IMG/VR virus record: IMGVR_UViG_3300047551_002158
Reading direction: 5' to 3' (one strand)
Origin: a virus
Taxonomy: Duplodnaviria > Caudoviricetes
Length of the DNA: 64,000 bases
The translations under genes were made by a program, and so were the position numbers. The notes under the pieces are model-generated. The model searched no databases. It was not told where the DNA came from and was given only the letters and a program-made list of their open reading frames with translations. This document shows positions 39,024-47,692 of the stretch, piece by piece; position 1 is the stretch's first letter; each line of letters opens with the position of its first letter.

Positions 39024-41317
39024 GCAACGGTACAAAAGTTAAAAAGCGTGATGGTCGAATTGAGTCTCTTGACCTGGAAAAGATGCACTTGATGGTTGAA
39101 GAGGCGTGTAAGGGTCTTGCAGGCGTCTCTGCGAGTCAAGTTGAGATGACATCTGGTATTCAGTTTTATGATGGTATCACCACTGCAGAGATTCAGGAGA
39201 TTCTGATTCGATCTGCTTCTGACCTGATCGATCTTGATCACCCTAATTATCAGTTTGTTGCTGCCCGTCTGCTTCTTTTTGCAGTTCGTAAGCAACTTTA
39301 TGGAAAGATGAAAGAACTTCCTCATCTTGAGCAGCACATTTATAACTGTGTTAATCAGGAAGTTTATGATAATGATATTTACAGCAAGTACTCAAAGGAA
39401 GAGATTGATAAGGCAAACTCTTTTATTGATCACGATAGAGATTATCTCTTTACTTACGCTGGACTTCGCCAGGTTGTTGATAAGTATTTGGTTCAGGATC
39501 GCAGTTCAGGTGGAGTATATGAAACTCCGCAGTTCATGTATATGATGATTGCTCTGACTATCTTTGCAGAGTATCCAAAAGAAACAAGAATGTCATATGT
39601 CAAGAGGTATTATGACGCAATCTCCAAACACAAAATCAACATCCCTACCCCCATTATGGCAGGCGTTAGGACACCACTTAGACAATTCGCTAGCTGTGTT
39701 CTTGTTGATGTTGATGACACCCTCGATAGCATCTTTAGTTCTGATATGGCTATTGGCAGATACGTTGCACAAAGGGCGGGAATCGGTATCAACGCAGGTC
39801 GCATCAGGGGTATCAACAGCAAAATCAGAGGTGGAGAAGTTCAACATACAGGTGTTGTCCCTTTCCTCAAAAAGTTTGAAGCAACTGTCCGATGCTGCAC
39901 TCAGAATGGCATCCGTGGTGGATCAGCAACTGTCCACTTCCCAATCTGGCACCAAGAAATAGAAGACATTCTTGTTCTTAAAAACAACAAGGGAACGGAA
40001 GATAATCGTGTCCGTAAACTTGATTATTCTATCCAAATTAGTAAGTTGTTTTATGAAAGATTTATTCAAGACGGTGAGATCACGCTTTTCTCTCCACATG
40101 ATGTACCTGGACTTTATGATTCTTTCGGACTCCCTGAGTTTGACGATCTCTATGTTTCGTATGAAAAAGATTCGTCCATTCCGAAAAAAACTATTAAAGC
40201 ACAAGAACTCATCCTTAACCTTCTTAAAGAACGTGCGGAAACAGGTCGTATCTACCTTATGAATATTGACCATTGCAATTCTCACTCTTCATTTAAGGAT
40301 AAAGTTAATATGAGCAATCTCTGTCAAGAGATTACTCTTCCTACTGATCCTATTCAGCATATTGATGATACTCATGGAGAAATTGCTCTGTGTATTCTTT
40401 CTGCCATTAACGTGGGCAAAGTTAAATCTGATGAAGAACTTGAGGATCTTTGTGATCTTTCTGTTCGTGGTTTGGATGAGTTGATCGACTATCAGAAATA
40501 CCCCGTAGAGGCGGCAGAAATCGCCACGAAGGCACGTCGTTCTCTTGGCATAGGATTTATTGGTCTTGCTCACTATTTGGCAAAACTTGGTTTTGATTAT
40601 GATTCTCAAGAGGCGTGGGATGCTGTTCATGGACTTTCAGAATCATTCCAATATTATCTTTTGAAAGCATCTAATCAACTTGCTAAAGAAAAGGGATATT
40701 GTGAATACTTTGGTCGTACCAAGTATGCTGATGGTATTCTTCCAATTGACACTTACAAAAAAGATGTAGACGAAATTTCATCTATCACACTTCAACATGA
40801 TTGGGAAAATCTTAGAGCATCCATCTTGGCTCACGGTCTCAGGCACTCAACATTGTCCGCACAGATGCCATCGGAGAGTAGTTCCGTTGTGTCAAATGCG
40901 ACAAATGGAATCGAACCTCCCCGTGGTTTCCTGTCCGTTAAGAAATCGAAGAAGGGCCCTCTCAAGCAGATTGTCCCTCAATATCAAACTCTTAAGAACA
41001 ACTATACGCTTCTTTGGGATATGGAGTCCAATCGTGGTTACATTAATATTGTTGCTTTGATGCAGAAGTTCTTTGATCAAGCGATTTCTGGAAACTGGTC
41101 TTATAATCCAGAAAATTATCAAGATAATGAAGTTCCTGTATCAGTAATGGCAAATGACTTTTTGACTACATACAAGTACGGGTGGAAAACTTCTTATTAC
41201 CAAAACACTTATGATATTAAGACTGATGAGGTAGTAGAAGAAAAACCCAATCTTCAAGATTTGTTAAGTGAGTTAAGTTCAGTAGAGGAGGGAGAGTGTG
41301 AATCCTGTGCAGTTTAA
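39020..41317 (+). CDS. nrdA: Class Ia ribonucleotide reductase alpha subunit
   Basis: ATP cone VKKRDG; ASCVL; SNLCQEI; AQMPSESSS; YY pair; ends ECESCAV. Confidence 0.98.
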   Translation: MSNGTKVKKRDGRIESLDLEKMHLMVEEACKGLAGVSASQVEMTSGIQFYDGITTAEIQEILIRSASDLIDLDHPNYQFVAARLLLFAVRKQLYGKMKELPHLEQHIYNCVNQEVYDNDIYSKYSKEEIDKANSFIDHDRDYLFTYAGLRQVVDKYLVQDRSSGGVYETPQFMYMMIALTIFAEYPKETRMSYVKRYYDAISKHKINIPTPIMAGVRTPLRQFASCVLVDVDDTLDSIFSSDMAIGRYVAQRAGIGINAGRIRGINSKIRGGEVQHTGVVPFLKKFEATVRCCTQNGIRGGSATVHFPIWHQEIEDILVLKNNKGTEDNRVRKLDYSIQISKLFYERFIQDGEITLFSPHDVPGLYDSFGLPEFDDLYVSYEKDSSIPKKTIKAQELILNLLKERAETGRIYLMNIDHCNSHSSFKDKVNMSNLCQEITLPTDPIQHIDDTHGEIALCILSAINVGKVKSDEELEDLCDLSVRGLDELIDYQKYPVEAAEIATKARRSLGIGFIGLAHYLAKLGFDYDSQEAWDAVHGLSESFQYYLLKASNQLAKEKGYCEYFGRTKYADGILPIDTYKKDVDEISSITLQHDWENLRASILAHGLRHSTLSAQMPSESSSVVSNATNGIEPPRGFLSVKKSKKGPLKQIVPQYQTLKNNYTLLWDMESNRGYINIVALMQKFFDQAISGNWSYNPENYQDNEVPVSVMANDFLTTYKYGWKTSYYQNTYDIKTDEVVEEKPNLQDLLSELSSVEEGECESCAV

Positions 41318-42488
41318 GATTTCTTCAACGGAAGAACCCCAAACAAATATTAAAGGAATGACCGTTTTTAACACTGAAAAAGTTGATACCAAAAAACAAC
41401 CAATGTTTTTTGGAAAACCTCTTGGAGTTCAAAGGTATGATTCATACAAATATCCAATCTTCGACAAACTGACTACTCAACAACTTGGATACTTCTGGAG
41501 ACCCGAAGAGGTGTCTCTCCAGAAGGATCGTGGCGATTATCAGACACTTCGCCCAGAGCAAAAGCATATCTATACTTCTAATCTGAAGTATCAGATTATG
41601 CTTGATTCTGTTCAGGGTCGTGGTCCTGGCATGGCATTTATTCCATACTGTTCACTTCCTGAACTGGAAGCGTGTATGGAAGTGTGGGGATTTATGGAAA
41701 TGATTCACTCACGCTCATACACATACATCATCAAAAACGTTTATTCAGATCCATCTGAGGTGTTTGATACTATCATTGGAGATGAGCGTATTCTGGAACG
41801 TGCTAAGAGTGTTACAGAGTCTTATGATGACTTTATTCAATCAGCACAACAATATGGTGTGTCCGATACTTGGATGCATAGACTTGAGGGAGTATCATAC
41901 GCAAAGGAATCACTCAACGATGTCAAACGAAAACTGTACAGAGCAGTCGCAAACGTTAATATTCTTGAAGGTATTCGCTTCTACGTTAGTTTTGCTTGTA
42001 GTTTCGCCTTTGGTGAACTTAAGCTTATGGAAGGATCCGCTAAAATCATTAGTCTCATCGCAAGAGACGAAAACCAACACTTAGCACTTACTCAGAACAT
42101 TCTGAATAAGTGGAAAGAAGGTGATGATCCTGAAATGAAGCAGATTGCAAAAGAAGAAGAAGAGTGGGTCTATAAAATGTTTGATCGTGCTGTAAACGAA
42201 GAGAAGAAATGGGCAGATTACCTGTTCAAAGATGGCAGCATGATTGGACTGAATGATAAACTTCTTCAGCAATATGTTGAATGGATTGCTAACCGTAGAC
42301 TGAAAGCAATAGGACTAAAACCACAGTATGATATTTCAGCAAACAATAATCCACTTCCTTGGACACAACACTGGATTTCTTCCAAAGGTCTTCAGGTTGC
42401 TCCGCAGCAAACTCAAGTGCAGTCTTATGTGGTTGGTGGAATAAAACAAGATGTCAAAAAAGACACATTTAGTGGTTTTAAACTTTAA
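41298..42488 (+). CDS. nrdB: Class Ia ribonucleotide reductase beta subunit with an atypical Gln-rich C-terminal tail
   Basis: FWRPEE; EMIHSRSY; ILEGIRFY; RDENQH; tail QVAPQQTQVQSY. Confidence 0.97.
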   Translation: MNPVQFKISSTEEPQTNIKGMTVFNTEKVDTKKQPMFFGKPLGVQRYDSYKYPIFDKLTTQQLGYFWRPEEVSLQKDRGDYQTLRPEQKHIYTSNLKYQIMLDSVQGRGPGMAFIPYCSLPELEACMEVWGFMEMIHSRSYTYIIKNVYSDPSEVFDTIIGDERILERAKSVTESYDDFIQSAQQYGVSDTWMHRLEGVSYAKESLNDVKRKLYRAVANVNILEGIRFYVSFACSFAFGELKLMEGSAKIISLIARDENQHLALTQNILNKWKEGDDPEMKQIAKEEEEWVYKMFDRAVNEEKKWADYLFKDGSMIGLNDKLLQQYVEWIANRRLKAIGLKPQYDISANNNPLPWTQHWISSKGLQVAPQQTQVQSYVVGGIKQDVKKDTFSGFKL

Positions 42489-42548
42489 TTGACTTTAAGA
42501 CTGAAATAGTGTATTATATAAATAATAATAGGTAAGTTCAGTCTTAAA

Positions 42549-43163
42549 ATGAATAATTATATTCTTTACTATTACTTAAGGGAGGACTTTAGTTCTCCCT
42601 TTTATGTTGGTTATGGAAGACCAAGAAGAATTAATTCCAGACACTCCAGGAGAAATGGTGCTGAAATATTACCACCAAGAGAAAGAAGATGGATTGTAAA
42701 ATCTGGATTAACTAAAGAAGAAGCAATAGAACTTGAGATAAAACATATAGCACTCTGGAAAAGAGAATGTGATGGTGGGGTTTTGTTAAATCAAAATCTT
42801 GGTGGTGAAGGAAAACCTGGAGGACAGAGAACTAAAGGATTTAGTGGAAGGAAACATAGTGAAGAAGCAAAGAAAAGAATAAGTGAAAAAGCTGCTGGCA
42901 AGAATAATCCAAGATATGGTGTTAAATTATCACAAGAGACAAGAAATAAGATAAGTCAAAACAGAACACCAAAGTTTGGTAAAGATAATCCAAACTCTAA
43001 AACTTGGAAGATTGTTTCTCCAGAAAATAAAGAGTACATTATTACTGGAGCATTAAAAGAGTTTTGTAAGTCTCAAAATATTTCATATGCAACGATGCAC
43101 GCAGCAATTCTTTACGATAGAAAAGGGCCAAGAAGAAATGGATGGAGTATTGAGAAAGTTTAG
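42549..43163 (+). CDS. Free-standing GIY-YIG-like homing endonuclease after nrdB
   Basis: YILYYYL...FYVGYG; LLNQNLGGEG; HSEEAKKRIS NUMOD3; TATAAATA 42517-42524. Confidence 0.85.
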   Translation: MNNYILYYYLREDFSSPFYVGYGRPRRINSRHSRRNGAEILPPRERRWIVKSGLTKEEAIELEIKHIALWKRECDGGVLLNQNLGGEGKPGGQRTKGFSGRKHSEEAKKRISEKAAGKNNPRYGVKLSQETRNKISQNRTPKFGKDNPNSKTWKIVSPENKEYIITGALKEFCKSQNISYATMHAAILYDRKGPRRNGWSIEKV

Positions 43164-43551
43164 AATATCACTACCAGAAGATGAGTGTGTGATAAAACTT
43201 CAGGAGTATTGTAAGTTCTCTCATACTTTGTTAAAAGTTCCTGTAGTTTCTAAACCTTTATGTGCCGACGCAAACTGCCACAATAATGTTAATCATTATG
43301 TGAATACTTATGGTGGAGAAAAGATAAGTGGATATTATCTAATCACCGATGTTGATGATGAAACTTATGGATGTGCGATATATCATAGTATTTGGAAAAA
43401 TACTTACGGAGATTTGATAGATATAACTCCATTTGATGATGGTAGAGAATATAATATGTTCTCTGTGCTAGATGCTATAGATTATTACTCTGGAGTTGCT
43501 TATGATGGAAAAGTTTATAGAATATTAGAACCAGGACTTAATGTTGTTTAA
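43138..43551 (+). CDS. Cys-His-Asp triad protein (papain/transglutaminase-like), candidate Gln deamidase
   Basis: NCHNNV (C47), HSIW (H83), DITP (D95); overlaps the endonuclease 3' end by 26 nt. Confidence 0.55.
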   Translation: MDGVLRKFRISLPEDECVIKLQEYCKFSHTLLKVPVVSKPLCADANCHNNVNHYVNTYGGEKISGYYLITDVDDETYGCAIYHSIWKNTYGDLIDITPFDDGREYNMFSVLDAIDYYSGVAYDGKVYRILEPGLNVV

Positions 43552-43580
43552 ATTATAAATAACTAAAAAGTATTTGTAAA

Positions 43581-44123
43581 ATGAACGCACAAGATTTTCG
43601 TAGTCTTCAAGAAGCATATTTGGAAGTTTATAATGACTTGGATGAAGGTGCTTCGGAAGACGTTGCTGCTAGATCCGAAAAACTTGCAAAACAAAGAAAG
43701 GGGCAAACACCTCAAAGAAAAGCAATGTATCAGGGACTTGCACTTAAAGCAAGAATTCGTGCTTCTGGAGGAAATCCTGGAGATAAATCACAGGGACATC
43801 CTTTAAGGAGAGCATCTAATAGACCTATTCACCCCCACGATAGTAAGTATGGTAGATCTGGTTTAACTCAATCTAAAAGAGATGAAAGAAGAGATATAGA
43901 TGCCGCAACTCATGGTGAGTATAGTGATGGTCCTGGAACTGTAACAAAAAATCCAAAAAAACTTCGTAAGCAAAAAGCACTTGGAGAACTTGGAGAACAA
44001 GCAGACCTCTACGACATCATTCTCTCACACCTTCTTGATGAAGGATATGCCGAAACACCAGAAGCAGCAGAAGTCATTATGGTTAATATGAGTGAGGAGT
44101 GGAGAAACTCCATTCTTGGTTAA
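43581..44123 (+). CDS. Constant-ends/variable-core late protein, copy B
   Basis: MNAQDFRSLQEAY...YDIILSHLLDEGYAETPEAAEVIMVNMSEEW; TATAAATA 43554-43561. Confidence 0.8.
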   Translation: MNAQDFRSLQEAYLEVYNDLDEGASEDVAARSEKLAKQRKGQTPQRKAMYQGLALKARIRASGGNPGDKSQGHPLRRASNRPIHPHDSKYGRSGLTQSKRDERRDIDAATHGEYSDGPGTVTKNPKKLRKQKALGELGEQADLYDIILSHLLDEGYAETPEAAEVIMVNMSEEWRNSILG

Positions 44124-44142
44124 TTTACTTTTTTGATTTATT

Positions 44143-44292
44143 ATGTTACCAAAAATACTTTCTCAGGATTCAAACTATGATGAGTGGTGTGAACAAGAAA
44201 TTCTGAATGCTTATAAAGAAGCAGCAGAATGTGATGAATTTATGTTTGGAGATTATGACTTTTGTAGAGAATGGTTAGGTACAAATAACTAA
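44143..44292 (+). CDS. 49-aa acidic hypothetical protein
   Basis: Manual translation MLPKILSQDSNYDEWCEQEILNAYKEAAEC... Confidence 0.55.
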   Translation: MLPKILSQDSNYDEWCEQEILNAYKEAAECDEFMFGDYDFCREWLGTNN

Positions 44293-44330
44293 TTTCGTAT
44301 AGATAGAGGAGATCACACTCCTCTTTTTTA

Positions 44331-44492
44331 ATGTCTAAAAATCAGTTAACTAAAGATGAATTTAAAGTTCGTGTTTTAAAATTAAAAAATAATCTTTATA
44401 ACGAACACGTCAGACACGATATGGATATGAAAGGACTTGCCCATAAATATCTGAATGAAGTCCTTGATATTATTGATGAGTATAGATATTGA
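44331..44492 (+). CDS. 53-aa hypothetical protein
   Basis: Manual translation MSKNQLTKDEFKVRVLKLK...LAHKYLNEVLDIIDEYRY. Confidence 0.55.
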   Translation: MSKNQLTKDEFKVRVLKLKNNLYNEHVRHDMDMKGLAHKYLNEVLDIIDEYRY

Positions 44493-44919
44493 CTACGAAA
44501 ACCCTTGGATTTATAATGGAAGTCCCTTTATAAGTTCTGATATAGATGACCACTATGGATTTGTTTATTTGATAGAAAACAAACTAAATGGTCGAAAATA
44601 TATTGGAAGAAAATACTTTTGGCAGTTTAGAACACCTAAAGGTAAAAAAAGAAAGGTAAAATCAGAATCTAATTGGAAGGATTACTATGGGTCTTGTCCG
44701 GAACTTAAAGAAGACATTGATAAATTGGGCAGAGAGAATTTTAGTCGAACTATCCTATCATTACATAAAACAAAGGGCAAAACAAACTTTGAGGAGACCA
44801 GACGACTCTTTCTCAATGATGTCCTCACCGAATCTCTTGACAACGGAGGACCAGCCTGGTACAATAGTAACATCCTCAACAGGTACTTCCGAAAAGATTA
44901 TTATGGAAACAACGACTGA
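44476..44919 (+). CDS. Conserved GIY-YIG-fold protein lacking DNA-binding repeats
   Basis: GFVYLIEN...KYIGRK; YYGS; WYNSNI. Confidence 0.75.
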   Translation: MSIDIDYENPWIYNGSPFISSDIDDHYGFVYLIENKLNGRKYIGRKYFWQFRTPKGKKRKVKSESNWKDYYGSCPELKEDIDKLGRENFSRTILSLHKTKGKTNFEETRRLFLNDVLTESLDNGGPAWYNSNILNRYFRKDYYGNND

Positions 44920-45076
44920 AGATATTGTCGCACATGTGAGGAGTTGGTCTCTTGATCGTGCTGCTGATATGAGTATCGATAAAGAGGATGCTCGTGCTAT
45001 TCTTGCAGAGTTTTATGAGTGGATTGAACCAGAAGATGACGAATTGGAGATCGTTTCTCTGGAACCACAAGATTGA
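44903..45076 (+). CDS. 57-aa acidic hypothetical protein
   Basis: METTTEDIVAHVRSWSLDR...LAEFYEWIEP. Confidence 0.6.
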   Translation: METTTEDIVAHVRSWSLDRAADMSIDKEDARAILAEFYEWIEPEDDELEIVSLEPQD

Positions 45077-45101
45077 CAAAAACTAAATAAAAACTTATAA
45101 T
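45073..45101 (+). promoter_or_regulatory. Sigma70-type promoter with a late box nested in its spacer
   Basis: TTGACA-N17-TATAAT; TAAATA within the spacer. Confidence 0.8.
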
Positions 45102-45154
45102 GTTAAAATCCCTGTTATGAGCAGGGTTTTTTATTATGAGACTTTGAGGATTGA

Positions 45155-45225
45155 TTTAGAGCCGTGGAGATTGCCCCTTGAGAGAGGGGAAGTGCGCTTT
45201 CTCTATACGGATGTAGAGTTCTATT
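45155..45225 (+). ncRNA. Candidate structured 5' leader of the lysozyme gene
   Basis: GC-rich island; CCCCTT-GAGA-GAGGGG GNRA hairpin; competing outer stems. Confidence 0.4.
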
Positions 45226-45232
45226 AAATTTA

Positions 45233-45859
45233 ATGCGAAACTGCTTTACTGTAGCCCTCTTGCCTCTTCTGGCAACGGTTACAACCACAACGGCAACACT
45301 GCCATCATCTGCTACTGCTCCCCAATATTCTATTATTAAGGAGTTTGAAACAGAGAAGACAGCAATCCGCGAGGTTGCTCCCGAAAAGCCAAAAGAGAAA
45401 AGGCTAATTTGTAAAGGGTGTAATGAACATGAAAATGCTGCCCTGGCATACTTTCAGGGAATTGGTATTAAAGACAGAAACGCCCTTGCTACCATCATGG
45501 GTAATATTCGTCAGGAATCAACTTTTATTCCTAACATTTGTGAAGGTGGTAGTAGAACCTCATACTATAATTGTGGAAGAGGTTATGGTTTGATACAATT
45601 TACTTCTGCTTCTCGTTATTATGGACTGGGTGCTTTTGCTAAAAAAATAGGAGGCAATCCTTCTACTGCTGATACTCAACTTCGGTATATTACTACTGAA
45701 CCACAATGGAAGAGTATTGAAAACAGAATGAGAGTTTCTGGAAAATCTATTGATAGGTATATGAATTATGCCTACGAATGGATTGGATGGGGACACCATG
45801 GAGCAAGAACACAATATGCTTATGACTATGCTAAACGATTGGTTCTTGCTGATGTCTAA
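45233..45859 (+). CDS. Phage tail-lysozyme-like cell-wall hydrolase with an N-terminal signal or anchor
   Basis: ALATIMGNIRQES; GYGLIQF; hydrophobic N-terminus. Confidence 0.75.
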   Translation: MRNCFTVALLPLLATVTTTTATLPSSATAPQYSIIKEFETEKTAIREVAPEKPKEKRLICKGCNEHENAALAYFQGIGIKDRNALATIMGNIRQESTFIPNICEGGSRTSYYNCGRGYGLIQFTSASRYYGLGAFAKKIGGNPSTADTQLRYITTEPQWKSIENRMRVSGKSIDRYMNYAYEWIGWGHHGARTQYAYDYAKRLVLADV

Positions 45860-45956
45860 ATAACTTTACCTGACTTGCTGACACTTTTCAGGTGAGATTG
45901 GAGTGCTTCGGCACTCCTTTCTTGTATAAATAGTAATGTCAGCAAGTTAGAGTAGT

Positions 45957-46607
45957 ATGAAACACTTTTATGTGTATTATTCCTATGAGGAATATGGAAG
46001 GGGATATATTGGAAAAAGAGAATGTAAATGTCTTCCAGAAGAAGATGTAAGTTATTTTGGAAGTTTCAAAGATAAAACTTTCAATCCAACTCAAAAAATA
46101 ATATTAGAAACTTTTGATAGTGTGGAGAAAGCCCTGGCAGCAGAATGTGCTCTCCACGACTTTTATGAGGTAGATAAAAATCCACACTTTGCTAATAGAG
46201 CAAAACAAACTTCTACTGGATTTTATTGTAATAAAGGTGCTGGTGAAGAAGCAAATAAGAAAAGAAGTGAGTTGATGAAAACAGAATACAATCCTATGAG
46301 TAATCTAAAACTCAAAGAGAAAGCAAGAAAAAACTTGATTAGAACTTTGAGTAATCCAGAAATGAGAAAACTAAAAAGTAGAGTTGGAAAGAAAGCACAC
46401 AATCGTCCAGAAGTAGTTGAGAACCATAGACAGGCAGCACTCAAATCTCATCAAAATCCAGAAACAAAAAGAAAACATATTGAGGCAAAACTTGGTGAGA
46501 AAAATCCTTGTTATGGTAAAAAGTGGATTACAAATGGAAATGAAAACAAATACATAAATTCTATTGATGAAGTTCCAAGTGGTTTTTGGTATGGTAGAGT
46601 TGTTTGA
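45957..46607 (+). CDS. Free-standing GIY-YIG-like homing endonuclease
   Basis: FYVYYSY...GYIGKR; YFGS; FANRA; terminal KKWITNG NUMOD-like tail; TATAAATA 45925-45932. Confidence 0.82.
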   Translation: MKHFYVYYSYEEYGRGYIGKRECKCLPEEDVSYFGSFKDKTFNPTQKIILETFDSVEKALAAECALHDFYEVDKNPHFANRAKQTSTGFYCNKGAGEEANKKRSELMKTEYNPMSNLKLKEKARKNLIRTLSNPEMRKLKSRVGKKAHNRPEVVENHRQAALKSHQNPETKRKHIEAKLGEKNPCYGKKWITNGNENKYINSIDEVPSGFWYGRVV

Positions 46608-46689
46608 GGACACTTGACGAACTGGCACAGGGACACTCCAAATGCCCCTGTGATGCCTTATAATACTCTCATACGCAACCAAACCGATG
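46603..46689 (+). repeat. Promoter/leader cassette, copy 1
   Basis: GACACTT-N4-AACTGGCACAGGGACACTCCAAATGCCCCTGTGATGCCTTATAAT...CAACCAAACCGATG. Confidence 0.9.
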
Positions 46690-46905
46690 ACTACTCCCAA
46701 AGAAACCTACGAATACTGCGAACAACTCATTCAAAAAGAGATTGATGAAGTATTTGTGACTATTAGTAAATGGGGCAAAGAATGTGCTGACCACAATGAA
46801 GAGTTTATTTCTTTTAAAGAGAGAAAGAGTAGTGAACTCAAAAAACTCTATAAACACTTGGAGAACATCCAAGTAATGAAAACCTCTTATCTTTCTGGAC
46901 GATGA
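46687..46905 (+). CDS. Small hypothetical protein
   Basis: Starts at the ATG ending the cassette. Confidence 0.65.
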   Translation: MTTPKETYEYCEQLIQKEIDEVFVTISKWGKECADHNEEFISFKERKSSELKKLYKHLENIQVMKTSYLSGR

Positions 46906-47141
46906 CTGACCTTTCCCCTCAAGCACAAGCAATCATAGATGCTGCTGATGAAGTATTTTCTCACGGAGGAACAATTAGAGAGGGCTTTGCTGCTGCTCTT
47001 CGTGTTCTTGCTGATAATGTTGCCCCTGAAAATTATGCCTGTTTTTCGGGGCATAGAGAGTGGGATGAAGCACTTGAAACAAGAAATGAAAGTATTCGTG
47101 AGGCAATTTTAGATATTGCTACTGAACTGGAGGCACTATGA
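46902..47141 (+). CDS. Small hypothetical protein, paralog 1
   Basis: QAQAIIDA...ILDIATELEAL. Confidence 0.7.
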   Translation: MTDLSPQAQAIIDAADEVFSHGGTIREGFAAALRVLADNVAPENYACFSGHREWDEALETRNESIREAILDIATELEAL

Positions 47142-47347
47142 CTGACCAAGCACAACAAATCTGGGATGCTTTTTATTTTACTTTCGCAGATAAAAGAGTA
47201 GATTTTACCATTCAAGAACTTAATAATAATGCTCTTGCTAATGTTCTCCGTGCTCTTGTGAGTAATAATGAGGAGTGGGTAGATGGAACTTATATGGTAA
47301 AATCAGAAGACATTCTCAACATCGCAACTGAACTTGAAGCATTATGA
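47138..47347 (+). CDS. Small hypothetical protein, paralog 2
   Basis: QAQQIWDA...ILNIATELEAL. Confidence 0.7.
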   Translation: MTDQAQQIWDAFYFTFADKRVDFTIQELNNNALANVLRALVSNNEEWVDGTYMVKSEDILNIATELEAL

Positions 47348-47532
47348 CTAAACTCACGGCACTTGATTTGATGGTAATTTCAGATACTTTGTATAGAACT
47401 CTTTCTATCGCAGGATTTGGGGGAACTCTTGGTGGATATACAAAAGAAGCAAGAGAAAATGTTGCGAATAAAGTTCAAATAATTTTGAGTAATATGGAAG
47501 TAGAACTACCTGTGGGGAAAACTGATGCCTAA
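47344..47532 (+). CDS. Small hypothetical protein
   Basis: ATGA translational coupling. Confidence 0.6.
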   Translation: MTKLTALDLMVISDTLYRTLSIAGFGGTLGGYTKEARENVANKVQIILSNMEVELPVGKTDA

Positions 47533-47692
47533 GATGACTTATGAAGAATGGAGTGAAAAAAACCCAATTGATTGGGATGAGATTGAAAAAAATGATAATC
47601 CAGATATGTTAATTACTAAAACAGGTGTAGAAATGATGCATTACCAACTCTATTTGTGGGAATGTAAAAAAGAAGAGGAGAACCAAAAATGA
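47525..47692 (+). CDS. 55-aa hypothetical protein
   Basis: Manual translation MPKMTYEEWSEKNPIDW... Confidence 0.5.
   Translation: MPKMTYEEWSEKNPIDWDEIEKNDNPDMLITKTGVEMMHYQLYLWECKKEEENQK

Noticed and set aside
22786-41317. Inteins or introns in gp43, uvsX, primase or nrdA
   Set aside because: Lengths and motifs are continuous; only gp41 is interrupted.
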